NCBI GenBank assembly: GCA_951406725.2
Contig: OX597816.1
Coordinates: 92,132,001 to 92,196,000 of the forward strand
Direction: 5' to 3'
Length of the DNA stretch: 64,000 bases
From: Octopus vulgaris
Taxonomy: Eukaryota
Positions within the stretch are counted from its first letter, which is position 1. Every line of letters begins with the position of its first letter. Made by a program: the position numbers and the translations under genes. Shown here piece after piece: positions 31,875 through 45,313 of this stretch. The notes beneath the pieces are model-generated. The model was given only the letters and a program-made list of their open reading frames with translations. It did not search any database and had not been told where the DNA came from.

Positions 31875-32170
31875 AATTTGTTAAATGTAATTATTCCCTC
31901 CTTGCGTGTACCAACTTTTGTATTCGCGCCTGCTACAGAAAATCAGTAAGGACCTGCATATTGGTTACTAACCTTTCGTTCAAGAGTCGCTTGCACCAGT
32001 ATAACAACTGTTTCCGCTACCGCCACCTGAAAAACACCACAGCACTTTCAAAGTATATTTGGAAATCTAGAGACAAAGGAGAAATCATCAATATCTCAGA
32101 AGTAATATTAGATATGGTACTGGCATTTAAAACCTTATCAAAGTGCTTTGACTTCTGAATTAGCAATCTC
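31875..32170 (+). mobile_element. Penelope-like GIY-YIG endonuclease remnant
   Basis: SFKSRLHQYNNCFRYRHLKNTTALSKYIWKSRDKG matches the FKxRxxxHxxSF...TxLSKYIWxLK block and parallels the 8400-8460 region. Confidence 0.75.
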
Positions 32171-32457
32171 CACCTTACGGCACATTTAAAAAAAGAAGAA
32201 AAAGATAACTAATATGACACTTTAAGAAATGCTTAAACTCTTTCTTGAGAAAATACTCTATATACATGGTAGATGACAAGCGATAATCCGAACGTCTGAC
32301 TCTGCCTAGAATCATTAAAACACTTTCAAAATGGGGATGTATTCAGTCGACAAAACGAAACACAAGTTGTGTTATATAATTAATGCTTCTCTCACCCCAG
32401 CACGCACGCACGCTAGCCCATGCACACCCCACACACTCATACATATTCATACATATA

Positions 32458-33835
32458 TTGGGCCATCCCATAAATAATGCGTTTTTTTTTCAATTGCATG
32501 AACTAAAAGTTGGAGGGGACGGGATAAACTAACTGCTTTACTTTGCTATAAAAGTAGGTAGTAATTTTACCTTGGCTTTGTTCTTAGTGCAAGTTTTGAA
32601 GAGTGCAGTTCTATTTTAACAGATATTTTTTCAAAATGGTAGTTCCAGAAATTCCGTGCCGGAAACTACATCCTAGAAGACAAGCCTCATCATGGAAGAT
32701 CTCTAGAGCTCGATGAGTATGTCCTGCAAATCCTGGTGGAACAAAATCCCATTGTAACTGTTGAGAAACTAGCATAGAAGCTTGGATTTGGCCATTCAAC
32801 CATTCGTCGACATCTGTGTGCCATCGGAAAAGTTAGCAAATTGGGTCAATGGGTTCCTTACAAGTTTTCCGAGTCTAATCGCGCGCAGAGAGTGAATGTG
32901 TGCTTTTCTTTGCTGTAACATTTCATGACTGAACCTTTTTGGACCGGATAGTGGCTGGTGAGTGGTGATGAGAAATGGGTTCTCAATAAAAATGTCAAGA
33001 CAGTGGGTGGGGAAAGGAGAAACACCGGCAGCCCAGGCTAAAGGAAGTCTTCACCCAAGTAAAATGTTGTTGTCTGTTTGCTGGGATATGAAAGGTTTAG
33101 GCCTTAGGGCGGCAAGCTGGCTGAATCGTTAGCACGCCGGGCGAAATGTTTAGCGGTATTTCGGTTGCCGTTATGTTCTGAGTTCAAATTCCGCCGAGGT
33201 CGACTTTGCCTTTCATTCTTTCGGGGTCGATAAATTAAGTACCAGTTACGCACTGGGGTCGATATAATCGACTTAATCCGTTTGTCTGTCCTTGTTTGTC
33301 CTCTCTATGTTTAGCCCCTTGTGGGTAGTAAAGAAATAGGTTTAGTCCATTTTGAACTTTTAAACCCAAACCAAACAATAACAAATGAGATCTACTGCAA
33401 GTAGTTTGAGTAGCTTAAGTCAGCGCTAAAAGAAAATCGACTATCTTTGGTTTCAAGACGAAAGATGTTCTTCCATCAGGATAATGCTCGGCCGCATACA
33501 CCGAGGATGACATTCCAAAGGCTGGATCAGTTTGTGTGGAAAATGATGCCCCGCACACCATATTCGCCGGACATTGCCTCATCTGATAATCATTTTATTC
33601 CGCAGTCTTCAAAATCATTTTGAAGGAAAAAATATAAATTCTGTAGACGTGGTCAGAACAGTACTGGAGAAATATCTTTAGTCACGGACAAGAGAGCCCT
33701 TGCAAGTATACTGAATAGATAGAAGGGCATTGCCGAAAATAAAGAAGAGTATATTTTAGACTAAAAAAGAACTTTATCTTAATTTTGGAAAATTAAAAGA
33801 AGTATAAAAAACGCATTATTTATGGGATAACCCAA
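32458..33835 (+). mobile_element. Decayed DD34D mariner with both TIRs
   Basis: TIRs TTGGGCCATCCCATAAATAATGCG / CGCATTATTTATGGGATAACCCAA, TA on both sides; GQWVP, GDEKWV, HQDNARPH...PYSPDIASSD with 34 residues between the Asps; N-terminal region shortened. Confidence 0.95.
33101..33337 (+). mobile_element. SINE family B nested in the mariner transposase
   Basis: TSD AGGTTTAG at 33093-33100 and 33338-33345; removing the insert restores WDMKGLVHFELL. Confidence 0.95.
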
Positions 33836-36700
33836 TATCTGCATGTATTCGTATAAACATATATAAAATTAATGCGAGGGCGTAAAACAGCTGGAATCAA
33901 AATGTTAGCGAATATATATATCCTTAATGTGTCTCAGCAGATTTAACGCAGACCTTTCAGTCAAAATATTCACACACACACACACAAACATATATACATG
34001 CAAACATTGCATATTCATCCTTAAATTCGTGTGTATGTGCAGACATGTATTTGTGAAGTTTTTGTGTGTATGTAGAAATGTGTATGCATTTTTACTGCGT
34101 TTTAGCTTCTCTCAATACTTTATTCAGTTTAACGGAAAGACTATTTGAAAAATACGCATTTTCATGTAACTCTCAATTTTGATTTTTAATCTAATCTTTC
34201 AGAAAAATGAATTGTATTTTACTGCATATATCAAAACAAGCTTCCAGATTTGAAGTCAGTTTGATAAGTACCATGGCTGAAACTATTGGCCTTTGTGTCA
34301 TTTCTTAAACTTTATGTTGATTACGAACAATATAAAAATACACACACATATATTAGATAAAAACACATCTATCATACAAATTTCTTTGCCATCCTCCAAC
34401 AACAGATGCAAATTCGTATATTTTATATACTGGTGGCTTCTACACACATGATCTCCCTCTTTCTTCCTCCCTCTCTCGCACATATGTACACACGCATTGA
34501 TACGCATTAGCGCACTTGTTTGTATGTTTCCCTATGTTGTTATTTCTAAAACGAAAAGGTTGAATGTATGTCACGGTTGCTATGGATAGTTCCGTTGAAA
34601 CCTTATTGTCTATTGAGTTGAAAGTGTATCTAAGTTACTACTTATACAAATAATATAATGTTTATAATGATACTTGTTTTGGTAATTACAAATAATTACC
34701 ATTATTAGTAAGCCTGGTGTATAAATCATTGGGAATACTCGAGCTTATTGTTGCAGTTCATGGACCAATCACTGATCATAGCCATATATATTTGGCTTTC
34801 ATTAACATTTTTATATATTTCTCTTTTACTTTGTTTTACTTTCCCCTAGAATTGTTATTTCAATGGCGTTCGCTATTTCCTTATGAAGTAAGGAACTTGT
34901 TGATTTAAGCCAAGCCTACAGTTTAAAACATTTTTGACGCTTCAACAATATCATTTTTGGCACGGTGAAATTACATTAACTTTATTTCAATTCTCGATTT
35001 AAAAAGATGAAAAAGCAAGAAAATGAAAAAGGAAAAAAAATAGAGAAAAAAACGGGTTTGGCAAACCAGCGGAAGACGGAGAGTGATAGGCAATGGGTCA
35101 CATATCCCAGAACAAGAGGAGTGCTCAGTCGCGCCCTGCGGTAATGACTGTAATGTCGTTACCGCGAACTCACCGTTGTAGCCACTCTATCTCTCAGAGC
35201 TCAGATCTTTGATTTATTTGCGTACGAAAAAAAAAAACAAGCAAAAAAAGAAGTCTAAAGAAAAAACGCTCCTTTAAAACACAGGTGTAATACTTTGCAA
35301 TACTTATTTTATTCATCTTGTCAAGCAGAAGAGGCTGTGACCATGGTTTTTCATATACCGAATCCCGAAGAGAGCAGTAAGATCACAATAGCTAATATTT
35401 TTCTTAAATAGTTTCAAGTTCACAACTAAAGGAAGTCGTAAAAAAAAAAAAAAGAAACAGACTCAACAAGGAAAGTGAAAAGGAAATACGAAGGTTTGGG
35501 AAACTTTAGTTAAGTGGGGCCTGGAGAAGGTGAAGATACAGAGAGGGCAGGTATGAGGTACAAGTGCCCGAATGGCACGCACGCGTGTACCAAAAAGTAG
35601 GGGTTACTATAACAGCGGCAGAAGAATAAGCAGTTTTGGTTGTGGTTTCTAGCAGATCTAGTGACTATGAAAACATTCTCTCGATGGTTTGAAAACATTT
35701 ACATTATTGGATAGGCTTCCTTCTTTTCCTTCTTAATTAATATGTCACTGGTTATTTTGTTATATTTTCGATTCTTCAAACTTCCCAACAGTGCTTCTGT
35801 GCAATAAAAACCAGGTCCACTGACTGAGTTGATGATCGCCATGGAAACTGATGAGTTTGTAATTATACAGGTTGGCTGGCAAAATGTTTGAAGAAGAATT
35901 CTTGCTTTAGGATAATTAACGCGCACACAGGTACGTAAATGTATTAAAAGCACACACAGATACATACATATACAAACGCATAAAATCATACGCAAACGCA
36001 TGCACATATACGCAAAATAACCTGTATAAACATGCAGACACATTCACAAAATCAGATCGACACATGCACACATATACTCACATGTAGACGCAATCAGAAT
36101 CTCACATATATCCACAGTTAAACATACTGAAGAGCTACATGTCGACATGAGCTCATACAAACACATGCGCAGACATAAACAAACGTAAACACAGGCACAC
36201 GTACAGTCACAGGTGAAAAGACACATAAATCATACTAACTCATGCATATATACATGCACGCTTACATTCACATATACACATATACACACACATACTAAGA
36301 CACAAAACACTCAATGAACGTGCTAGTGTCTAGCTTTAGAATAATTTCTTAAGCGAACTGTGTTGTAATACTTTCTAATCTGGATGGTAGATTGTACATT
36401 GAAGCGTGCACACACAGATGCACACATGCATGCTCTTGCAAATATATTCACATACAGACACAGGCACACAGACACACACACACAAGCATGTATATATGTG
36501 CGTGTGCATTTGTGTTATGGTACTCCACTATGTCCTGGTTCATACTAGCTTGACATTACTAAACTACTACGTGCATTTGTAGACGTGTTTATATGTATTT
36601 ATGCATGCGTTGCTTGTAGACATAGATGCAAGTGCATTTCTACAGCTATGTGTATGCGTAAATTTGCATGTGTATGTACTTATGTATGTGTACGCACACA

Positions 36701-36749
<49 letters not shown>

Positions 36750-37341
36750 GTATATGTATACATATGCGTGTATGTACCTGTCTGTATGTGGCCACGTATG
36801 TCTTCATGTCTTGCATTTTTATGCAACTGTACATGTGTATGAGTGTGCACCTATACATGTTTTTGACTACACCTGTACTTGCCTTTGTGCATACATATCA
36901 ATATGTGCGTGCATGTGTGCAGTTGCATGTGAGATAACTGCAATGAACATATAGGAACCCTTACAAACCACACAGAAGCCAAACAGAAGAGGTTGTGAGC
37001 TAGATAAGCAACGCAATTATATATTTATACACTCACTCCATAACACATAGCGAATGATTTATATTTAGTCAGAACAGGAAAGGCAATGCTTATAATCTTT
37101 AAAGTCGCTTGTCTCAGACTTGTAAGCTTGATACTTATTTCAAATACATGATTTGTTTATATAATATAAACTTTTCTTCTATTTTATTTTGTTTTGGGTT
37201 TCAACTGCTTAATTTATGTCTTCTTTGTCAATGTGCAAGTTTCTAAAATGTGGAGGAAAATGTGTATGTAATATTAAAAAAAAAAATTCATCTTGTATTT
37301 GGCAATTATACGGTATATTTCATTATACACCACTAGAAAAA

Positions 37342-37558
37342 AGGCGACGAGCGGGCAGAATCGTTAGTACGCCAGACAAAATGCTTTGCGGTATTTCGTT
37401 TGTCTTTGTGTTCTGAGTTCAAATTTCGCCGATGAGGACTTTTCCTTTCGTCCTTTCGAGGTCTATGAATTAAGTACCAGTTGAGCACTGACATCGATGT
37501 AATCGACTAGCCCCATCCTCCCCAAATTTCAGGCGTTTTGCCTACAGGAGAAAGGATT
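37342..37558 (+). mobile_element. SINE family B variant (alternative tail)
   Basis: ggcgacgagcgggcagaatcgttag...gagttcaaatt...aagtaccag; tail like the 17901 copy. Confidence 0.82.
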
Positions 37559-38939
37559 TTATATCGCTAGACAGGTGACAGGTAGTTCTGGATCTTCATG
37601 TTTTTGGTTCAACCTCAACCCAAAGGTAAGTTTGACATTTTGACTATCTCTGGATCGCAGAATAAAATACCTGAGTCACTGAAATTTTCTACTCAAAGCT
37701 GTTGGCTTTGCTTCTAAATTACAAACAATTATAAATCACTTTGCTTTTATCGCACAGGAGGTCTATAAAATACGTACCTGTCAGACATAAGATTTGATTT
37801 TATTCTTTTTATTGTTTATTCATTAATACTCATTGGCTAATTCATAATTAGTTAATTAAGAATATGACCTTCTTAGAAAATGACTATGATGTAATGCATT
37901 CCTATTCCAAAAAGATTTTTGATGCTTTATTTAGAGGAGACAGGGCTACATTTAAGCTCTTTTTATGAGCTTCCGAGACTGTGGAGAGGAAACTAAGATG
38001 TTATCTTTAGATTAGGTGGCATCGTTTTCAAAAGGGAGAACTAAATAACACAAGGTTCTGGGGTGGTATTAGACGTAGGTGACGGGATAGATTAAATCTC
38101 TCACACAAGAACAGGAATAGTTCCGTTATATGGCTTCTACGCTCGTCTCGTCCACCAAAGTTTACTCACAGGGTAATTTTACTCGACCTTTGCTATATAA
38201 GAAAGCACTTATTCAAGGTGCTATGCAGAAGGATCGAAACGAAAATAATATGGTTATGAAACAAAATGCTGAAACTTGAGGTTTCACATGGATGCACATA
38301 TGTTTCCAAGAAATATCTTCATACTTACCAAAATACTTTTCTACTTTTTAGTTTCTCTAGTATCTCCTACTCACACAGAGTTCATCATGAAACATCTTAT
38401 TAAACTTTTCACTGTTGTTTAGTTGTCATACATGAGAGAGTAAGCACTTTGTTTCTTCCTTATTGACTACTCTACACAATTACCTATCAAGATTATCCCA
38501 AAAATCACCGTTGTTTGACAGCATTCACAGGTATGTTAATATTGCTCATGAACAGGAATAGAGATTATAGTTGCATACAATGAAGTTTTGAAGTATACAG
38601 AAATAGTAGTATTTATATATAGAAATATACATTTAAAATCTGGTAATCAGAACAAAAGATAGCGAAAGCACACAAAGGGCTTCACAATATCTTTGAAAAC
38701 AAATAAAGATATCGGAAGAAGCAGAGCAAACGTTGATTGGAAGAAGATATTCTAAAAATAAAGTTACTGTAATTCAGAGATTTTGACAAGTATTCAATTT
38801 GTTGACTTTGCAAGACTACAAGGTCGGGACAAACATGTGTATAGGATCGTGTTGGGACAGCAGAGAGAAGAAATGGGAGATGACCGATGATCAATAAAGA
38901 CAGGAATAAGAACAGAGAACGAGAAAGAGGGAAAGAGGT

Positions 38940-39022
<83 letters not shown>

Positions 39023-39528
39023 GCGAGAGAGATGAAATTAAAAAGTATAGGAACTGATGGGAAGGGAAAGTAAGGAAAGGAGCTGCAAATTAGAAAAGAA
39101 GAATGAAAATAGACATAAAGGAAAATGAAGATGGATAAAAGGAGAAATGGTTGGAGACTAGACGAGATATCAGAATGGATAGGCACGAGATAGAAATGAT
39201 AAAAGCGGTCTGGAGACATGGATAGATTTTTCAGCGACTGGGAAGAAATTAGACGCAATGAAGATTAGAGATAAATGGATATTAGAAGGAAGTAAGTAAA
39301 CAATAGAGGCTAAAGGGGAATAATGAAGTTGATGAAGACGTAAATAGAATGGTCACTATATAAACTAACAACCTTCATGAACGCCACATCTACTGATACA
39401 GTTACAGCAACACGCGTACATACACGTATACCCATGTACGGACGCACGAAGGCACACAGACTGATCTCTATCGATGGGTATATATGTCTCTATATAGAAA
39501 AAAAGACAAAACGAGTAAAAGTATCTAA

Positions 39529-39620
<92 letters not shown>

Positions 39621-40034
39621 GCGAGTTTCAATGTACGAATGGAAAACAATGTACACAATACATTTACCAGGGTTTAGTTTTTTTAACTCCATCGCTACTT
39701 TGCACATGGGAGGGAACGGAAAAGTGAAATAGTAATGAATTAAAGGCTTAACCTAGAATAAGTAGGTTATTGAGGGTGGTTTTATTTTCCAATTTTTTCA
39801 TCGATGGAGAAAACTGGTTTCTGACCCAGAAACGATTCGAATTTAGACAACAACGTAATAACGTGCATGTTAGAATAGCGTGCATGTTAGAATGTATGCA
39901 TGCACGTACTTGTGCATGTATGCTTGTGTGCAAGCCCAGATGTCTTTTGAATGTATGAATCTGTATGTTTTGATTTATGAATATGTACATACACATACGG
40001 TAATTGCTTGGAATTCATGTACTAGCAGTGCATC

Positions 40035-40165
40035 AGGATCCTTCCCAAAGATTTAAGAAGCCTACTTAGGGAGGATGTAGATGTCTTCAGGATCGGATCT
40101 CCTACTCTCAGAATTTCTGGATGTACCAACTTCACAACAGGAAATGCAAATAAGGGTAACAAGTA
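40035..40165 (+). mobile_element. Old fragment of the same CR1-group LINE
   Basis: atccttcccaaagatttaaga...gatgtcttca..ggatctc...ccaacttcacaacagga parallels 23985-24105. Confidence 0.6.
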
Positions 40166-40189
40166 AAAGAGCTATATGCATATATTACA

Positions 40190-43000
40190 TACTAAACTTC
40201 TAGAATTTTTTTTACATATTTTCAAAGTGGGTTCAATGTCATGCAATTGTAATTTCCTAACTTACTGCGATCATCCTCGTTTTATTAAAGTCAGATTCTC
40301 AAACTTTGTTATGTTTCCATTTTTTTCGATAATTATAGGTATAAATCTAAAGCTTGAGTTCAGGTGGAGTAACTTCAGTCTTCTTATTAGCTCCGCATAT
40401 TTTCTTCTCCTCCACTAATAATTAAGAGTATGTTAACATCTGGTTTCTGCTCCTACGACTAATTTATTTCTTGTTTCAGATCAGTATATCTGGTCTGTTA
40501 TGCTTGAAAAATATAACTTTTCCAGTTTGTCATTGAAAACTTTTAGTGAAGTCGCACCAAACACCAATATCTCATCTGTAGGACAGCTGAGCTCTGGCTG
40601 TTCATGAGCATTCTTTCCTGTCCTAAATAACTATATCAGTCCTGTTATGCTTGCAATTTGTGGAGGCTTCAATAGGACTGTACCACTAATATTCGTTGTG
40701 TTCATAAGTGAGCATTTAATAACAGGGAAATTATCAAAATTTACTCACAGAGCAGTCTTTCCAACAGTTGACATTGTTATTTAAGTAATATCATGACATG
40801 ATGACATTCTGGGGTAGCTGCTTACCACAATGACATTCTTGGGTAGCTGCTTACCACACTCGTAATATCATTCACAGATGTGTAATATCATCGACATTTT
40901 CAAATGCACTGTGGATGTTCCTCGGCTTCGCTGTCTCTTTAGTTCGTTAAAAATATCCCGCACTCAGATTACAACGTTATAACCTTAAAAAATGTGACAT
41001 GATGTCAGAAGTCCAAAACAGGTTACATATCATGATAATTTTTTTTTATCACCATCCTCAGGAAACATACCTGTGCATAGCATTTTTATGGTACGCAAAG
41101 TATTTCGCTTACACTACTTCTCGTTCATATAGCAAGTGCTCGGAAAGTGAATATTTATGTTTAGAGTACGACAGAAAAAAGCTTCAATATTTTACACGGC
41201 CATTGGTATATCGATAGTAAAATTAGGCAGGCAGTAGCAATATCATCATGTTGCTAATATTTTATCATTTTCCTTTTCAGTTACCGTTATGGTTTGGACC
41301 GATGCAAATTATGCGTTTTTTGTTTAAAATTTTGTCAAAATGTAAAATGTGTAAGGCTTTTCGCAGCTGCCTCAGAATTCCAGCCAGTCACAAGTAAAGA
41401 GCTATGCCTCTTTTGTTTGAGTTAAATCGGTTCCAGAAATTTGTGAATATGTAATTTAGTGTAGATATATGTAAATGCGTCGTTAGATATATAGCCCTAT
41501 TTTCTGTAATAATGCTGTAATCGATTCCCTTACTGGCTTTTGCTGTTGTAAATGACTTGTAAACAATTTAAGGTAATCTGTATGGAAGATATTTGTGATG
41601 CTACATTTTTCTCCTCTAAAGATTCTGACATATAGTCTTTACATTACTCCAATTTGACTGTCAAGTGTTCACTAAAATGACGTAAAACGTAACAAAGACA
41701 AACTGTCGATAATCTAACTTTTTTTTTGACTGAAGTTATGAATAACTTTCGACAACTCTGTAATCCATAATATTGTCGGTCTTTTAATATTATTGACTAT
41801 AGCACACGAAACCTTGACAATGCATAGGCACTCTAGAATCTTTGACTGAGAGACGGCTGTAAACGCATTCTTATATTGTGGACATAGAGCTATCACCAAT
41901 CCTTTAAAATACTCCTCCTCCGTTGCCATGTTGTTTGGTTCGCCGTAATCTTAGAGAGACACACTCATGCCACTAATGTACCACTTATGCATTACATTTA
42001 AGCATGCCCTGGACCAGTAGTTCTGAGTACATATGTCCCTATATTTTTCTAGTTCGAGAGTAGTCCTTGCATCTATTTACTTATTCGTCCATTATTGTTT
42101 CGAACAGGTTGATGAGAGTTTGCTGAAGAGCGTGAGCTTCCAATATTAATTACCAGCTATCAAGCCTCTCCTAGGAGATTTTCTGTTTGGTAGTTTTGCA
42201 ACAGCTGTTAGCAGAGTTTCACTGATGATGTTGTATGTTTTGGGAGCAACATTTGCGCAGTACTCACTCTGTAATCACATTACTTCGTAGTAGTGCTATT
42301 TATTTACATTCTAGATTACACCTTAAAATAACATTATATCAGTAAAAAAAAAAAGAAAGATTTTACAAATTTGATTGTGTGACCTTCTACGCTGCATATG
42401 CCACTTGAGAATTTAATACGAACTTTATAATATTGCGTACTTGTAATATTCTATCTCGTGAATTTTGATTTACCGTTCACAGTTCATATTTAAAAGCAAT
42501 TAGCTTACCCGTGAATGTCCCTCGTTGGCAATTTTCGCAGACTTTGGATCGTTTATTACAGTCGCAGCTAGTGGTTCGTGAATTCATTATTTACTTAACA
42601 TCTAATGATAGTGTCCGCTTGTCCGATATCTTTCCGGAGTCTATCGATATTTTTTGAAAAGCGGTGACCTCTATTAGTTCTCATTTTCATCGAACCTTGT
42701 TACTCTAATCTGTTGGACACTTTAGGGACATTTAATATTTAAAGGTTGAGAGCTTCAGCTTTTGCTAGATGTTCTTTAGCAACTTAACCAATCACTATTA
42801 ACATCAAGTCAGATTTTCTATCGATTCGAGTAAAGTAGTGATTTGTCTAAATAAATGGCAAAGTTTTGCTTGAATATTGTTGTAAGCTATGTTTTATATA
42901 TTTCACTAATTTCTATTTGTTCAGAAGCACCTTTAACATCCGTGCAATGTCTGCAGTTATATTCCAGGATTATTGTTATGGTTTTTTTTACTTTAGAAGA
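40190..43000 (-). mobile_element. Ancient R4/Dong-like non-LTR retrotransposon (RT, CCHC knuckle, restriction-like endonuclease)
   Basis: Ordered minus-strand traces: NIDRLRKDIG (~42630), YKNAFTAVSQSKILECL (RT DYxKAFDSV), ITNIFHTDYLKLF (xxDDLKLY), KCR..VNDITSVVSSYPRMS (CCHC), KHNRPDIL, PDVNI..KYAELIRRL..FRFIPIII, TLKICK. The 5' limit is uncertain. Confidence 0.75.
40801..40858. repeat. 29-bp tandem duplication
   Basis: ATGACATTCT(G/T)GGGTAGCTGCTTACCACA twice, one mismatch. Confidence 0.95.
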
Positions 43001-43539
43001 GGGTTATGTTCGCATTTTTATCGAGGTAAGAATCTATTGGTCCGTTTACACTTATTCGCTGTGTATTTTTGTGTTAGGAAAAGCAGCATAAATCTTCTTA
43101 ACGAAACTTACCGTCACAGAAGCATCGCACTGAAATGTGAGAAGCTGGGATATATTGCATACCATTAGAATTTCACACTCTTTATATAAAGGACAAGGGA
43201 TCTTTACCGGCCTTTTCCAAGAAATGCCACAACTCTTTATTTATTTCAAAAGTTCACTGGAATTTATCTTGAGTGTTACGAGCCCTAGGATAGCTGGGCC
43301 CAATTTCCTTTCTTGCCAAGGAGTACGTAATAATAATCCATATTTTTAGTAGTTTAACTTTGCTGCTTGATTACTATTACGGTTTTCTCTAAAGGGACAC
43401 TTCTTCGGATTTATTAAAAAGACAAAGAAAAAAAGAAATGAGATAAGAAAAAGATAACCATTTTTGACAGGTTTGTATCAATGGTAAAACTTTCAGGTGA
43501 AAATGGTCGGTCTCCTTACGCGGGTGTGACGGATATCTG

Positions 43540-43645
<106 letters not shown>

Positions 43646-43647
43646 CT

Positions 43648-43931
43648 ATCATAAGGTCATGAGTTCAATTCCTGGCAACGCGTTGTTCCCTTGATCAACA
43701 CACTTTATTTCATGTTGCTCCAGTCCACTCAGCTGGCAAAAATGAATTGTACCCGTATTTCAAAGGCCCAGCCTTGTCACATTATGTGCCACGCTGAATC
43801 TCCTTGTGAACTAAGTTAAGAGTACGTGTGTCTGTAGAGTGCTTAGCCACTTGCGCCTTAATTTCACGTGCAAGCTGTTCTGTTGATCGTATCAGCTGGG
43901 ACCCTCGTCGTTGTAACCGACAGAGTGCTCC
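43648..43931 (+). mobile_element. SINE family C (CORE-like), head truncated
   Basis: B box GAGTTCAATTCC, CORE-like cccttgatcaacacacttta..ttgctccagtccactcagctg. Older reverse copies near 29385-29560 and 45815-45950. Confidence 0.78.
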
Positions 43932-43979
43932 TCTAATATATGTATGTAAATAAATAAATTCATATATATAGAAAATGTA

Positions 43980-44470
43980 AAGTCAATAATCATTCCATTG
44001 GACAATGCACTGGAACAAAGCTTCAAAATGTTGGTATTATTTAGCGTATTTATGGAAATAGAGAATGTCAACGTTTCGGGCATTAGTCGTTCGTCAGAAG
44101 AAAAGAAAGGGAGAAACATGGAAAGAGTAAAAGAATGAAATAGTTTGTAAAAAAGCAGCGAGAAACTCGGTATGTATGTTGTTCTATGCTAGGGAGTTAA
44201 AAAGAGCATAACGGTGTTAAAGAGCATAAAAGTGAGTGGTATGTATGTATGCTAGTGTAGTCTATGTATGTGTATAGATGTGTAGAAGGATGGAAATATA
44301 GTTGTGTTGGTGTTGTGGAAGCGTGTATCTGAGGTGGTGAAAGCCTGTGCGAAGGCGTACAATCATCGATAAAGTATTTAGAATGGAATATATTTGTATA
44401 TATGTTGTTGCTACTAATGTTTTTGTTGTTTTGTCTTTTGTTAAGCGTTTTGTAACTTGTCATTTGTATA
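43980..44470 (-). mobile_element. Probable Penelope-like 3' end / pseudo-LTR remnant with a hammerhead-like core
   Basis: Minus strand TLNKRQ (compare LLNKRSE) followed downstream by CTGACGA-ACGACTAATGCCC-GAAAC at 44097-44073. Confidence 0.5.
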
Positions 44471-45231
44471 TCTATTCATGCGTGATTGCTTTTAGTACTA
44501 GCTGGTGTTGTTCCTGAGTCACATAAATGCATATTCAAACGTATACACATACTAACACATACACATATGCAAGTATGTATAAGCATGTTAGCATTTATGC
44601 ACATAAGATAGAAAAGTTAGGGGCGTGGCCTAAAGTATCGTGTAGAGATTCTCTCACTGTTCGACGCATGTAAGGTGACCGCGTAACCAGTTCCAACTAA
44701 GACACCATGAACAAATTAATCTCCATAAATTAGCACATGTAAACATTATATTTCATTACTTCCTTTCACACCACTTGAGTTGTATATACAACGTGACCGC
44801 GATGTCATATACACACACACATGCATACATACATCTATGTGTGTGTATATATGCACGTACTTACGTATGTATGTATGTATGTATGTATGTATGTATGTAT
44901 GTATGTATGTATGTATGTATGTATGTATGTATGTATGTATGTATGTATGCGTGTACGTATGTATATATAATATAATCTTAGTAATCACACTGTCACCAGC
45001 AAAGAGGGCGCTCCAACTGCTAATACAATTCAATGATATATTGAAAGTTTTCTAGGTTGATGATTTAAAGCAAATCTGATATAGAGTCAGGTTTTGGCTG
45101 CTATTTCCAGCGTGGCGGTATCTCTTAGATACCCTAAATTATAATTTTAATAATAATTATTACCTTTGAAGGTTTTTATTCCCATGCTGGCCACTTGATA
45201 CGATCGACATTTAAATTAATGATATTATCCT

Positions 45232-45313
<82 letters not shown>

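Noticed and set aside
40801-40858. 29-bp direct repeat of CRISPR-repeat length
   Set aside because: Two adjacent units, no spacer, no cas genes, inside a eukaryotic LINE fossil.
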